DNA of 64,000 nt from Spirochaetia bacterium (GTDB lineage Bacteria; Spirochaetota; Spirochaetia; DSM-2461): assembly GCA_963666985.2 (NCBI GenBank), contig CAXXIA010000002.1, forward strand, positions 2,080,001 to 2,144,000. The letters are read 5' to 3'. The position numbers and the translations under genes are program-made. This document shows positions 8,910 to 18,885 of the stretch, one piece after another. How positions within the stretch are numbered: position 1 is the stretch's first letter; every line of letters begins with the position of its first letter. The notes beneath the pieces were generated by a model. The model was not told the DNA's origin, made no database searches, and was given only the letters and a program-made list of their open reading frames with translations.

Positions 8910-11312
8910 CTAAACCGATAGATTCAATTCCGTTCTGGCTATTATATCATCCTGGGTATCCGGCGACAAATTGGTAAAAAATGCCGAGTATCCGGCAACC
9001 CGTACGATGAGATCCCGATGGGATTCCGGATCCGATTGAGCGGCCAACAGAGTTTCCCTGTCAACGATGTTGTACTGGATATGCCATCCCTTTAAACCGT
9101 CAAAGAACGTATGGAGCAGTGATGCCAGAAGTTGGCGCTGATGAGGATTCTGAAGCATCTGGGGCGACATCTTCTGATTCAGCAACACACCTCCGGTGAT
9201 GTCTTCGGTAGGCAGTTTTGAGATGGATTTCATAACCGCCGTGGGGCCCAGTTTATCGGCCCCGCCGCTTGGGGAAGCGCCTTCGGCAAGGGGTTTACCG
9301 GATTTTCTTCCGTCGGGAGTCGCCGGCACCACGGCGCCGGCCGGAACATTGCCTGAAATACTTGACGTACCGGCGAAGTATCGGCAGCCGACGGCACCGC
9401 TTCCTTCCCTGATGGTTCGATAGTTCTTAATCTCTTCTATATAAGGAGCGTAAGCCCGAACAATCAGCTTATCGACATAGTCGTCATCGTTGCCGTATTT
9501 GGGCGCATGATTCATCAGCATCTGCCTTACCTTCTCTCCCTGTGGAGTGGAAAAGTCGGATTCAAGAGCTTCCAGCAACTGATCAACAGATATTCGTTGT
9601 TCCTCAAAAATGAGTTTCTTAATAGCCGCCAGAGAATCCGCAAGGTTGGCGATGCCCACCTGAAGACCTGAAACGAAATCATATTTACAGCCGCCTTCAT
9701 GAATCGTCATGCCCCGCTCCAGACAGTTATCGGTAAAGGCCGAGCAGAGAATATCCGGAGCTTCATCCCTCAGGACTATATCGATAGCCGAATCAATGGC
9801 AATTCCCGCCCCGGCATAAAAGCGTACTTGTTCATCCCAAGCTTCCATCAATTCATCAAAGGAACAGAAGTTCCGCAAATTCTTTTTGCTCGGATGAAAC
9901 GTTTTGCCGCTGGGTTTGTCCTCACCTCCGTAAAGGACGGCCATAAAGACTCTCATGAAGTTGAGAAAGTGTTTTCCCGTACAGCGGTAACCCCAAAGTC
10001 CGGGAATGGCAACTTCTATGCATCCGATGGCCGAATAGTCCCAGGCATCATCGGGATCAATTCCAAGTTTTCCCAGAGCCGGAAGAACCACCGAATCATT
10101 ATTAAACGCGGGCATTCCGAATCCCAGTCTGATAACTTCGATGCATTCGGAGAGAAACTCTTTGTTGATTCCGGGATGAAACCGCACGGAAAGATTGGGC
10201 TGGGTGAGCCGAGCGGCTCCTACCGATCTCAGGATAAGGAAGCTCATATCATTCACGCCGTCTTTATAATCCCGGGTTTGTCCGCCGATTGTAACATTCT
10301 GATAAAGAGGTCCGCCGGCGGAGAATCGTGTGTGAGACCAAGAACGGATTTTCTTAATGGAAACCATTTTTAGCCACATATTGGTGAGTGCTTCCATGGC
10401 CCAATTCTCGTCAAAAGTCCCTTTACTGCGGTCGGCTTCCAGAAAAGGCTGTAGGTATTGATCCAATCGTCCCATCGACAGGGAGTGTCCGTTGCTTTCT
10501 ATTTGAAGAACAACCTGGACGAACCAGCAAAGCTGCAGCGCCTGTTTGAAATTGACCGGTGGTTGTGTAATTAGGTGACGGCAGTTTGAGGTAATGGACC
10601 GCAGTTCTTCACGGCGTTTTTCGTCCGTGCATAAGTCGGCTTGAATCTGCGCCAAGTCGGCGAATCGGTTAATATAAATTTGAAAAGCTTCAATACCGAG
10701 AGCAATGGCTCTGTAGAAATGATACTTTTTTATTTCCGCTTCGTTAGTCATTCTCTTGCATTCTTCCTGCCGACCCAGAGTTTCATCCAGATAACTTTGC
10801 AATCCCCTGTTCAGCAGCTTGCGGAAATGAATGGCGATATGAGCGTCTCCTGAAGTGAGATTTCCTTCAGCCCTGATTATCTGAGCGCTGTGGATTTCCC
10901 GGAGTCTGTCGCTCATCATGGAACGGCCCTTATCAAGAGTCGTTTTTCCGTTCCACCATGTGCAGAGTTCCAGTAATTCTTTCTTGGTCTTATCATCCGG
11001 AAAGTAAGCATCTCCCGGGCGTTTTTCGAATTCATCAATTTCTTTTACAATCCATTCGGTCGCGTATTCCGGGAAAATGGGAGCGGCATAGATTGCGCTG
11101 GAATGATTTCCGACGATGATGTCTTCCGGCTCAATAACGAGAGTCATGTTCGTCAGTGTTTCTTTTAAGGCCAGGGCTCGTTTTACCACTATGGGCAGAC
11201 TGGGATTTGTCCTATAGATTTCAGTATAGTATCTGGCACGTTCGAGACAGATTGTCGGCTTTGTGGAAAGGATTCGGTTCCGATAGTCGTTCATTCTTTG
11301 TGACAGTTTCAT
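8910..11312 (-). CDS. ybiW: Glycyl-radical enzyme, YbiW/PflF-like
   Basis: RVAGYS Gly-radical loop, GCIE Cys loop, WGYRCTG and SAGGPLYQNVTIGG resembling E. coli YbiW; start ATG 11312 with AGGAGG RBS (11319-11324). Confidence 0.85.
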   Translation of the reverse strand: MKLSQRMNDYRNRILSTKPTICLERARYYTEIYRTNPSLPIVVKRALALKETLTNMTLVIEPEDIIVGNHSSAIYAAPIFPEYATEWIVKEIDEFEKRPGDAYFPDDKTKKELLELCTWWNGKTTLDKGRSMMSDRLREIHSAQIIRAEGNLTSGDAHIAIHFRKLLNRGLQSYLDETLGRQEECKRMTNEAEIKKYHFYRAIALGIEAFQIYINRFADLAQIQADLCTDEKRREELRSITSNCRHLITQPPVNFKQALQLCWFVQVVLQIESNGHSLSMGRLDQYLQPFLEADRSKGTFDENWAMEALTNMWLKMVSIKKIRSWSHTRFSAGGPLYQNVTIGGQTRDYKDGVNDMSFLILRSVGAARLTQPNLSVRFHPGINKEFLSECIEVIRLGFGMPAFNNDSVVLPALGKLGIDPDDAWDYSAIGCIEVAIPGLWGYRCTGKHFLNFMRVFMAVLYGGEDKPSGKTFHPSKKNLRNFCSFDELMEAWDEQVRFYAGAGIAIDSAIDIVLRDEAPDILCSAFTDNCLERGMTIHEGGCKYDFVSGLQVGIANLADSLAAIKKLIFEEQRISVDQLLEALESDFSTPQGEKVRQMLMNHAPKYGNDDDYVDKLIVRAYAPYIEEIKNYRTIREGSGAVGCRYFAGTSSISGNVPAGAVVPATPDGRKSGKPLAEGASPSGGADKLGPTAVMKSISKLPTEDITGGVLLNQKMSPQMLQNPHQRQLLASLLHTFFDGLKGWHIQYNIVDRETLLAAQSDPESHRDLIVRVAGYSAFFTNLSPDTQDDIIARTELNLSV

Positions 11313-11314
11313 GT

Positions 11315-12208
11315 TCAGCCTCCTATGCTTGCTGTGATTCCTTGTTCTTCCGCATATTCTCGGTATGGAATCAGAATCTCCGGATTCATCATGGTCAGAG
11401 GGAGGTTGTACTCCCGCCCAAGCATGGTGCTTTTTGATGCGCCCAGTGAGTGATAAGGCAGAAGATCTATTCGGGTAATACCCCATTCGGCCGCTCTTCG
11501 AATAATGGACTTAAGGCTTTTGTCGTCATTATTAAACCCATATATCACCGGAATCCGGGCTCGCAGCGGAACTTTTGACTTAAGGATTTTTAGAAAATTA
11601 CTTTCAACCAGCGACAAATCGCCTCCTGTGTACCGGCGGAATATTTCGGGATCGGTGTGTTTGAGATCACAAAGAAATTCATCAATAACGGGCAGAACGG
11701 TTTCAAGGTTGGTTTGCTGTACATGGAGGCAGGATTCAACCGCACACCGAATCCCTTCGTTTCTGAGGATCTGAGCTGTTTCGGCCAGAAAGTCCGCCTG
11801 CAGCAGCGGTTCTCCGCCGGAGAATGTAACACCGCCGCCCGAGGGGCCATAAAATACGGCATCCTTTCTGACAACAGCGGCGATTTCCGATGGAGAGTAG
11901 AAATGCCCTTTAATGTTTAAGGCTTTTGTTGGACAAAAAAACGCCCTTTCATCACATAATACCTCTCGTGAAGAGAATACAAGCTCTCCGGAAACCTCGG
12001 ACATCGGACCATTTTCAATCGAAAGACAGTCCCGACAGCCTATACAGCGTGATTTCTGATAGAGAAATTCCGGTTTCCGGAGCATCCCTTCCGGATTGGC
12101 GCACCACGGACAGAAAAGTGGACAGCCTTTTAAGAACACGACAGTTCTCAGGCCCTCTCCGTCATGTATGGAAAATCTTTGGATATCAAATACTAATCCG
12201 GTAGTCAT
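11315..12208 (-). CDS. Glycyl-radical enzyme activating protein (radical SAM)
   Basis: IQRFSIHDGEGLRTVVFLKGCPLFCPWCANPE, GGVTFSGGEP, LLPYH; start ATG 12208. Confidence 0.92.
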   Translation of the reverse strand: MTTGLVFDIQRFSIHDGEGLRTVVFLKGCPLFCPWCANPEGMLRKPEFLYQKSRCIGCRDCLSIENGPMSEVSGELVFSSREVLCDERAFFCPTKALNIKGHFYSPSEIAAVVRKDAVFYGPSGGGVTFSGGEPLLQADFLAETAQILRNEGIRCAVESCLHVQQTNLETVLPVIDEFLCDLKHTDPEIFRRYTGGDLSLVESNFLKILKSKVPLRARIPVIYGFNNDDKSLKSIIRRAAEWGITRIDLLPYHSLGASKSTMLGREYNLPLTMMNPEILIPYREYAEEQGITASIGG

Positions 12209-12275
12209 GACGGTATGAATATATACTTTCCAACGAAAGTATACCAGCTTTCTATCGAAGGTTATAAGAGTTTCA

Positions 12276-12303
12276 TTGACAACAAACAACAGTCCATTAT
12301 GAT
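12276..12303 (+). promoter_or_regulatory. Putative sigma70 promoter of first deoR gene
   Basis: TTGACA (12276-12281), 16 nt, TATGAT (12298-12303); ATG 11 nt downstream. Confidence 0.6.
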
Positions 12304-12314
12304 GGAACTGCAAA

Positions 12315-13070
12315 ATGACCAACTTCAATCAGCGTCAAAACGACATCATCAAGATTTTAGGCAGTCGGAAGCAGGTTTCCGTGAAGGAATTGTCGGAGGA
12401 ATTCACAGTTTCTTCGGTTACTATTCGTACGGATCTGGGGATTTTGGAAGAACAGGGACTGGTTATCAGAACTCATGGAGGCGTGGAACTGCCGTCATCC
12501 GATAATCTTTCACGCCGTTTGGCCCAAAATTATGCCCAGAAAAGTTCCATTGCCGAAGCGGCCTTGCGGTTTGTCAGTTCCGGAGACTCAATTCTTTTGG
12601 AATCCGGCTCCTGTGTAGCGCTTATGGCTCGGCTTCTCGGTGGAAAGAGGCGACTGACCATTACAACCAACAATGCTTTCGTTGCCCGGCAGATACCGAA
12701 ATCCCAAGACCTGAAGGTTGTTCTCATAGGCGGTGTTTTTCAACAGGAAAGTGAAACAATGGTGGGCGGGATGGTTAAGGAATACCTAAATTATTTTAAC
12801 TTTGATAAGGTTTTCATGGGAGTGGATGGAATCGTGCCTGAATACGGTGTTATGTGCCGTGATATAGAACGGGCGGAAGTCATGGCCGAATTTGTCGATC
12901 GGGCCGGAGAAGTGATTCTGCTTACCGATTCAACCAAATTCGGCCGAATGGGCCTTAAAACATTCAGCCCCCTGGAAAAAATCAGTCGGATTGTTACCGA
13001 CAGCGGTATTTCCGATGAGGCAAAGGAAACAATCACGAAAGCAGGAGTGGAATTGCTTATCGCAGGCTGA
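12315..13070 (+). CDS. DeoR/GlpR family transcriptional regulator
   Basis: VSSVTIRTDL..LE..G.VIRTHGG HTH plus DeoR sensor domain (DSTKFG). Confidence 0.93.
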   Translation: MTNFNQRQNDIIKILGSRKQVSVKELSEEFTVSSVTIRTDLGILEEQGLVIRTHGGVELPSSDNLSRRLAQNYAQKSSIAEAALRFVSSGDSILLESGSCVALMARLLGGKRRLTITTNNAFVARQIPKSQDLKVVLIGGVFQQESETMVGGMVKEYLNYFNFDKVFMGVDGIVPEYGVMCRDIERAEVMAEFVDRAGEVILLTDSTKFGRMGLKTFSPLEKISRIVTDSGISDEAKETITKAGVELLIAG

Positions 13071-13090
13071 GGTCCGCGAAATCTTATATG

Positions 13091-14062
13091 CTATACGGCT
13101 TCCCGTTTTCTTTTTCTACTGTAACTGTCAAGGCAGAGAATCGTTACAACGACGACTCCCCGTATAACTTCCTGAGCATAGGGACTTACTCCCAGCATGT
13201 TCATGGAGTTCTCCATGACTCCAAAAACAAGGTATCCAACCAGGGCCAGGGGTGCACCGCCAACCCCGCCCGCCAGAGATGTGCCGCCGACAACGACCGC
13301 ACTAATAACGACAAGAGGAATCCTATCACCGTATATTGAGGATCCGGTATTCAATGTAGAGGACAGCAGGACTCCGGAAAACGCCGCCATCGCTCCGCAT
13401 ATGACATAGGTGGCAGCCTGAATCTTGCGGACGCTGATTCCGGAATATTCTGCAACCTCATAATCGCCGCCGATTGCATAAATATTTCGACCGAACTGTG
13501 TGTAGCGCAGCAGAATATGCACCAAAGCAAAGATGATAAGCATGATGACAATCAGATTGGGAATAACTCCGAAAAGCATACCATTGCCGATCATCATGAA
13601 TTTTACATTGCTCGGTGAAACAGGATGAGCATCGGTCAGCTGCTGGGCAACCCCTGTTAATACCAGCCCCATTCCAAGCGTTATAATGAAGGGAGCACAT
13701 TTCTGATAAACCACCAGAAAGCCGTTAATCAATCCGATAAAAGCTCCGACAAGAACCGCACAGATAATTGAAAGCCATATCGGCAGTCCGGCATTCATAC
13801 ACATGATGGCGATAATACCGCCGAGACAGAGTGTTCCTCCAATGGAGAGATCGATTCCTTCGCCGATTATAACCAGAGTTATACCGAAGGCAAGAACAAT
13901 GTAAATTGAAGCGGAGTTCAGCAAATCAAGAAGGTTGTAACTGGTAAAGAAATTTGTCGGGAAAAAAATCATAAAGAATAGAATGGCGATTATTGCCAGT
14001 ACTGCTTTTTGCTTTGTTATGAGCTTTATGATATTTCCGCTTTTTGCCTGATTGTTCATCAC
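13091..14062 (-). CDS. Sugar ABC transporter permease (RbsC-like)
   Basis: GIDLSIG, FGRNIYAIGG..AEYSGI, VVVGGTSLAGG. Confidence 0.92.
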   Translation of the reverse strand: MMNNQAKSGNIIKLITKQKAVLAIIAILFFMIFFPTNFFTSYNLLDLLNSASIYIVLAFGITLVIIGEGIDLSIGGTLCLGGIIAIMCMNAGLPIWLSIICAVLVGAFIGLINGFLVVYQKCAPFIITLGMGLVLTGVAQQLTDAHPVSPSNVKFMMIGNGMLFGVIPNLIVIMLIIFALVHILLRYTQFGRNIYAIGGDYEVAEYSGISVRKIQAATYVICGAMAAFSGVLLSSTLNTGSSIYGDRIPLVVISAVVVGGTSLAGGVGGAPLALVGYLVFGVMENSMNMLGVSPYAQEVIRGVVVVTILCLDSYSRKRKREAV

Positions 14063-14073
14063 TGTTACCTTTT

Positions 14074-15081
14074 TTAGCGTTGTCTTTTTGCGTCTAACCA
14101 GATTGCAGAGACCAGAATTAGTCCTCTCATAATATTTTGCATAAAAACATCAATTCCAAGCATGTTCATGCAGTTGCCGAGGAGGATAACCAGCAACGTC
14201 CCGATAACCGTTCGAATAACGCTGCCCTTGCCGCCAAGCAATGATGTACCGCCTACAACAACCGCCAGAATTGCTTGTGTTTCGTATCCTTTACCCAGTG
14301 TCGGTGATGCTTGAGTTACTCGTGAAAACAGAATTATACCGCTGAGTCCGGCCATAAAACCGTTTATGGTAAACATACAGATAATGCCTTTAGTTATTGA
14401 GATACCGGAAAGTCTTGCTGCGGTTTTATTTCCGCCTATAAGGTTTATTGTACGTCCCAGATAGGTTTGGCTCTGAAATATATAAAGGATGGTTACGATA
14501 AAAAGGAAGATTAGAAACGATACGGAGAAAATGCCGACAGTTCCCGAACCGATAACCGTAAACAGGGAGTAATCCGCTTCCATATAAGTCAGGTAATGAG
14601 TGACTCCGCCGGTATAAAGCATCGCCAGACCACCGAAAACAACCATTGTCCCATAGGTAATAAAAAGAGCTTCCGCCTGAGTCGTTGCTCCGCTTCCCAA
14701 TATGAGCAGGCTGTTGATAAATCCGCAAAGTGCTCCGGCAATTAATCCCGCAATAAGCGCCGTAACCATGCCATAAGGTTCGATCATTGAATGGGTTATA
14801 ACAACAACCAGAGGAATGGTCCCTGAAACCGAAAGATCGATAAAACCTCCGATGATGACAAAGGTCATTCCGAGGCAAACCATAATGAGCGGTCCGAATT
14901 GCCGCATGATATTCGTCAGATTTGCAATGGTGGCAAATTTCGGTTCAATTATTATGGTGATGATCGAGAGGATGGCAATAGCGAACAAAACCATATATTC
15001 CTTGGAAAATTCAACGATTGCACTTCGATCAATTTTAATTCGTTTTAAGAGAGGCTCTTTCAATGACAATTGCTCGGACAT
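14074..15081 (-). CDS. Sugar ABC transporter permease (RbsC-like)
   Basis: FIDLSV, GGNKTAARLSGI, AVVVGGTSLLGGKG. Confidence 0.92.
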   Translation of the reverse strand: MSEQLSLKEPLLKRIKIDRSAIVEFSKEYMVLFAIAILSIITIIIEPKFATIANLTNIMRQFGPLIMVCLGMTFVIIGGFIDLSVSGTIPLVVVITHSMIEPYGMVTALIAGLIAGALCGFINSLLILGSGATTQAEALFITYGTMVVFGGLAMLYTGGVTHYLTYMEADYSLFTVIGSGTVGIFSVSFLIFLFIVTILYIFQSQTYLGRTINLIGGNKTAARLSGISITKGIICMFTINGFMAGLSGIILFSRVTQASPTLGKGYETQAILAVVVGGTSLLGGKGSVIRTVIGTLLVILLGNCMNMLGIDVFMQNIMRGLILVSAIWLDAKRQR

Positions 15082-15095
15082 GCCTCAACTCCTTG

Positions 15096-16583
15096 TTAAA
15101 TGCACTTTTCCATTATTTCCTGAGAGGTCGCTTTCTCAGGATCGAATTCTCCTGTAATTTCACCATCACAAATGGTGAGAACTCTGTTGCTCATATGAAG
15201 AACTTCCGGAAGCTCGGAAGAAATCATAATTATTGAACCCCCATTTTCGACGATTTCCTTCATTAACAGATAAATTTCATATTTTGCACCAACGTCAATT
15301 CCGCGTGTGGGTTCGTCCAGGATTAGAATTTTGGGCTTCAGTTCCATCCAGCGGCCGACGACGCACTTTTGCTGATTTCCGCCGGACAAATTGACAACTC
15401 TGGTTTTTGTCGAAGGTGTCTTAATGCCAAGGCTTTTAATTTGCCTTTCGGCCATGATTCTTTCTTCGGTTTTTTTGAGAAATCCGGCTTTGTTTTTCAG
15501 TCTGTCGAGGCTGGCCATAGATATATTTGATTCCACGGAAAAGGGTAGAATTAATCCCTGCAGCTTTCTGTCTTCCGGTACAAAACTAATACCGGCCGCT
15601 TTTGCATCTATGGGATTTTTTATTTTCACGGGGCTGTTGTTGATGAGGATTTCATGATCATAAGTTTTGTCGGCGCCGTATACGGCACGGACAATCTCGG
15701 TTCTTCCCGCTCCAACCAAGCCGACAAGTCCCAGTATTTCACCTTTTTTCAGTTTGAAGGATATATTTTTCAGTTTCTTGGTATTTATAGAACGTACTTC
15801 AAGCAATGTATCACCGGTACATCTCGGACGTTCGGGAAATTCATTCTCAATTGATCGTCCAACCATTTTGGTGATCATTTCACTTCTGGTTATTTCCGAA
15901 ATCGGTTTTGTATCAATAACTTTTCCGTCCCTCATTACGGTGACGATGTCACAGAAATCGAATATTTCATCGAGTTTATGACTGATATAAATTATAGAAA
16001 TACCTCGTTCTTTCAGCTGATGAATAATTTTTGCCAGATGCTGCATTTCCTCTTCGGTGAGGCTGCTGCTCGGTTCATCCATTATGATCAGTTTGGAATC
16101 AAAGGATAATGACTTTGCGATTTCAACCATTTGTTTTTCGGAAACGCTTAAGTCTCCAACCAAGGTATTTGTATCAATTGTGGAGCCGATGCTGTCGAGC
16201 AGGATTCTTGCCTTGGCATGTGTTCCGCGCATACCTCCAAGTTCTCGAAATCGGCCAAGAAAGACATTCTCTCCAACCGTCATCGTATTGATAATGTTCA
16301 GTTCCTGATAAATGATGCTAAGTCCCATTTCCATGGACTTATGCGGAGTTGTACTTTGAATTTCCTTACCATCAAAAGTAATAACACCGGAATCTTTTGT
16401 ATAAACTCCGGAGAGGATTTTCATTAGTGTTGATTTACCCGCTCCGTTTTCACCGACAATTCCATGAACGACTCCCCGGCCGACTTCGATTGAAACCTCA
16501 TCCAGAGCTTTTACTCCCGGAAAAGATTTACTTACTTTTTCTACGGTAAGAATGGCTCTCGGCATATTGTTATCCAAAGTCAT
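15096..16583 (-). CDS. Sugar ABC transporter ATP-binding protein (RbsA/MglA type, two NBDs)
   Basis: GENGAGKST, IIMDEP, LSGGNQQK, ILDEPTRGIDVGAK. Confidence 0.95.
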   Translation of the reverse strand: MTLDNNMPRAILTVEKVSKSFPGVKALDEVSIEVGRGVVHGIVGENGAGKSTLMKILSGVYTKDSGVITFDGKEIQSTTPHKSMEMGLSIIYQELNIINTMTVGENVFLGRFRELGGMRGTHAKARILLDSIGSTIDTNTLVGDLSVSEKQMVEIAKSLSFDSKLIIMDEPSSSLTEEEMQHLAKIIHQLKERGISIIYISHKLDEIFDFCDIVTVMRDGKVIDTKPISEITRSEMITKMVGRSIENEFPERPRCTGDTLLEVRSINTKKLKNISFKLKKGEILGLVGLVGAGRTEIVRAVYGADKTYDHEILINNSPVKIKNPIDAKAAGISFVPEDRKLQGLILPFSVESNISMASLDRLKNKAGFLKKTEERIMAERQIKSLGIKTPSTKTRVVNLSGGNQQKCVVGRWMELKPKILILDEPTRGIDVGAKYEIYLLMKEIVENGGSIIMISSELPEVLHMSNRVLTICDGEITGEFDPEKATSQEIMEKCI

Positions 16584-16649
16584 TACCTCCTCAATTACTA
16601 TACACGAATTCTGTATTGGCAGACTTTCTAAAAAAATCGTCAGTTTTAA

Positions 16650-16683
16650 AGCTGGGATGTTTCATTGTTGAAACATCCCAGCT
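16650..16683 (-). terminator. Perfect 15-bp hairpin between binding-protein and ATPase genes (terminator or mRNA stabiliser)
   Basis: AGCTGGGATGTTTCA-ttgt-TGAAACATCCCAGCT. Confidence 0.65.
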
Positions 16684-16803
16684 CGATCATATTGAATTTT
16701 GTGTCAATGCCGACTGTTCGCTTGAATAGAACTCATGTCGGAAAGCCTGCTTAAGGCAAACCGGGGAATAATCTTCCATACCTTAATTTATAGAAGACTT
16801 TTT

Positions 16804-17763
16804 CTACCACTCAGGAGGAGTGAAATTATCAATATTGGATAAATCAACAATATCAAGTGGAACAAAATTGACGACTTTTTCGATTTGTTCGCCGTTAAGA
16901 ATTTTCTTTGCTGTATCAAGAGTAATTTGTGCCATCTTTTCGAAATTCTGCATGATCGTTACGCTCTGTTTCCCGCTTCTGACTTGATCAAAGCCTGCTT
17001 TGTTGCCGTCAACACCAACCATGAAAATCCCTGTCATATTTGCGGTTTCAAGGGCATTCAGAATACCTGTGGCTCCGCCGTCCCAATGACAGAAGACGCC
17101 TTCTATTTCATTACCATGCTTAACGATCATGTCTTCCATAATCATCATTGCCTGATTGGTATCCCATTGCTGGCAGGCTTTATAATCGATGACTTCAAGG
17201 TTGCTTCCGGCGATTTTCTTATTGAAGCCGTCATGCCTTTTAATTTGAGCGTCATGCCCGGACTGACCGCCGATTTCAACAATTTTTGCGCCATTCGGGA
17301 AATGATTCAGAAAAGCCTGACCTGCGGCTTCGCCGGCCATCAGGTCGTTAACACCGACGAAAAAGGATCTGGCGGTATCGGCGTATTCGGGAGGGACATC
17401 GGAAGAGAACATTCCGACAACAACGCCGGCGGCCTTTGCTTTTACCAGTGCCGGTACAATGGCATTAATATCATTCGGATTGAGAAAAATAGCATCAAGC
17501 TTCTGGGCAACCGCATTATTGACCAGTTGTGATTGTACCTGTGCATCACCTTTCCCGTCCAGGATTACGACTTCCAGGCCATAATCCGGAGCGTACTTCT
17601 GAAACATTTTAGCGGCAAAGGCTTGGGAAGGATTAGCCATTTCTCCCGGAATGAATGCAACTTTTGGCATACCGGAAGCGGATGAGTCATTTTGGCCGTT
17701 CGCAAACGCCATTGTAGCAACCATCAGTACGGCACAAATCAGTGCAATAACCTTGTTTTTCAT
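16804..17763 (-). CDS. Sugar ABC transporter substrate-binding protein (RbsB-like)
   Basis: Signal peptide ending FANGQ; periplasmic binding protein type 1 features (RHDGF, VGVDG, IMQN); start ATG 17763 after GGAGG. Confidence 0.9.
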   Translation of the reverse strand: MKNKVIALICAVLMVATMAFANGQNDSSASGMPKVAFIPGEMANPSQAFAAKMFQKYAPDYGLEVVILDGKGDAQVQSQLVNNAVAQKLDAIFLNPNDINAIVPALVKAKAAGVVVGMFSSDVPPEYADTARSFFVGVNDLMAGEAAGQAFLNHFPNGAKIVEIGGQSGHDAQIKRHDGFNKKIAGSNLEVIDYKACQQWDTNQAMMIMEDMIVKHGNEIEGVFCHWDGGATGILNALETANMTGIFMVGVDGNKAGFDQVRSGKQSVTIMQNFEKMAQITLDTAKKILNGEQIEKVVNFVPLDIVDLSNIDNFTPPEW

Positions 17764-17796
17764 AGTTACCTCCATTTTGATACTATGATGTGTATC

Positions 17797-18285
17797 TCAA
17801 GCCGATTTCTCAGCTTTTTCCCGTTTTATAAACTCTCTTACGATTGAAACCACAAGATTGTGGTCTTCTTCGTCCGGCAAGCCGCTGACGGTAATAGTAC
17901 CGACAGGGCCTACGTTTCTAATCAGTATTGGAAAAGCACCGCCGAAAGCGGAATATTTCATACTGTCCAAAAAGAACATGTTTTCCATAGTTGATTCATT
18001 TTTTTCCAGGAGCGCCTTGATATAGGAAGAACTTTTTCCAAAATGATTAACAATGCGATTTTTCCGTTCTATCCACCGGTCGTTGTCCCGAGATGTTCCT
18101 TCGCACGCGTAGTGGAATATTTTCTGTGAGTTTTTTTCGATATCAATGGTTATCGGATATTTTTTTTCTTCTGCAACGGCCGCAATTCGCAGACCAACCT
18201 CCAGAGCGAGGCTGTTGGAAAAAGAATAGAACTGTAATTCATCATGTTCACATTCCTTCTTTGCCAAAAGATTATTTTGAGCCAC
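17797..18285 (-). CDS. UPF0303 / GlcG-HbpS heme-binding domain protein
   Basis: DNDRWIERKNRIV.HFGKSS, GGAFPI, VGTITVSGLPDEEDH. Confidence 0.85.
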   Translation of the reverse strand: MAQNNLLAKKECEHDELQFYSFSNSLALEVGLRIAAVAEEKKYPITIDIEKNSQKIFHYACEGTSRDNDRWIERKNRIVNHFGKSSSYIKALLEKNESTMENMFFLDSMKYSAFGGAFPILIRNVGPVGTITVSGLPDEEDHNLVVSIVREFIKREKAEKSA

Positions 18286-18338
18286 AATATGCCCCGCTGA
18301 TAATTTTCATTCGATAATAACAAACTTTCATTTGAGGT

Positions 18339-18367
18339 ATGATACTTTGACATATGGCTGTTGTCAA
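18339..18367 (-). promoter_or_regulatory. Putative sigma70 promoter of UPF0303-ABC operon
   Basis: Minus strand TTGACA (18367-18362), 17 nt, TATCAT (18344-18339). Confidence 0.6.
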
Positions 18368-18818
18368 TTTTTAATTTCAGAGATTTTTTTACTGTCTTTG
18401 AACCGGCGCAATTTTCTTTAGCAGAAGGAAATAAATCATTGCTTATTCAGCAATGTGAAATGAAAGCTGTTTGAGAAGAGGGGTATCCCGTGCTTTAAGA
18501 GGTGATGATTTGTGATTTTGGCTACTTCAGAAAGGAGGTAGGCATATACACTTCTTCTAATTAAGCATGAGAAAGTCTTCTGATGAGGTAAAAAATAACC
18601 GGGAAAGGAATTAAACAAACATTTCGAAGAGCTAAGCATTCTTTCTGAGAGCTATTAAGTCATCATACCGGCTTTTGGATAAAGTCCGGAGAATCATAGT
18701 TTTCTGAAAAGAACTCCTTCCCGAAGGACTTTTTGCGGAAAAAGGGGTTTTGAGTAACAAATCTTATTCTTGACAACTCTATTAGGGGCTTATAGTATTC
18801 GCAATTGACAAATATAAA

Positions 18819-18832
18819 CTTTCATATGAAAG
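18819..18832. promoter_or_regulatory. Palindromic operator candidate CTTTCATATGAAAG
   Basis: Perfect palindrome downstream of TTGACA-17-TAGTAT (18770-18798); same CTTTC-N4-GAAAG at 12226-12239. Confidence 0.55.
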
Positions 18833-18885
18833 CCTTGGGTCGTGCTTTTTTTTGACTTAATTTTTACAAATTGAAGGACTGAATA

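Noticed and set aside
11313..11486. N-terminal extensions in the ORF track (GRE to 11486, activase to 12328, cas7 to 61429, cas2 to 58860)
   Set aside because: They overlap neighbouring genes; downstream starts fit the family N-termini and in most cases an RBS
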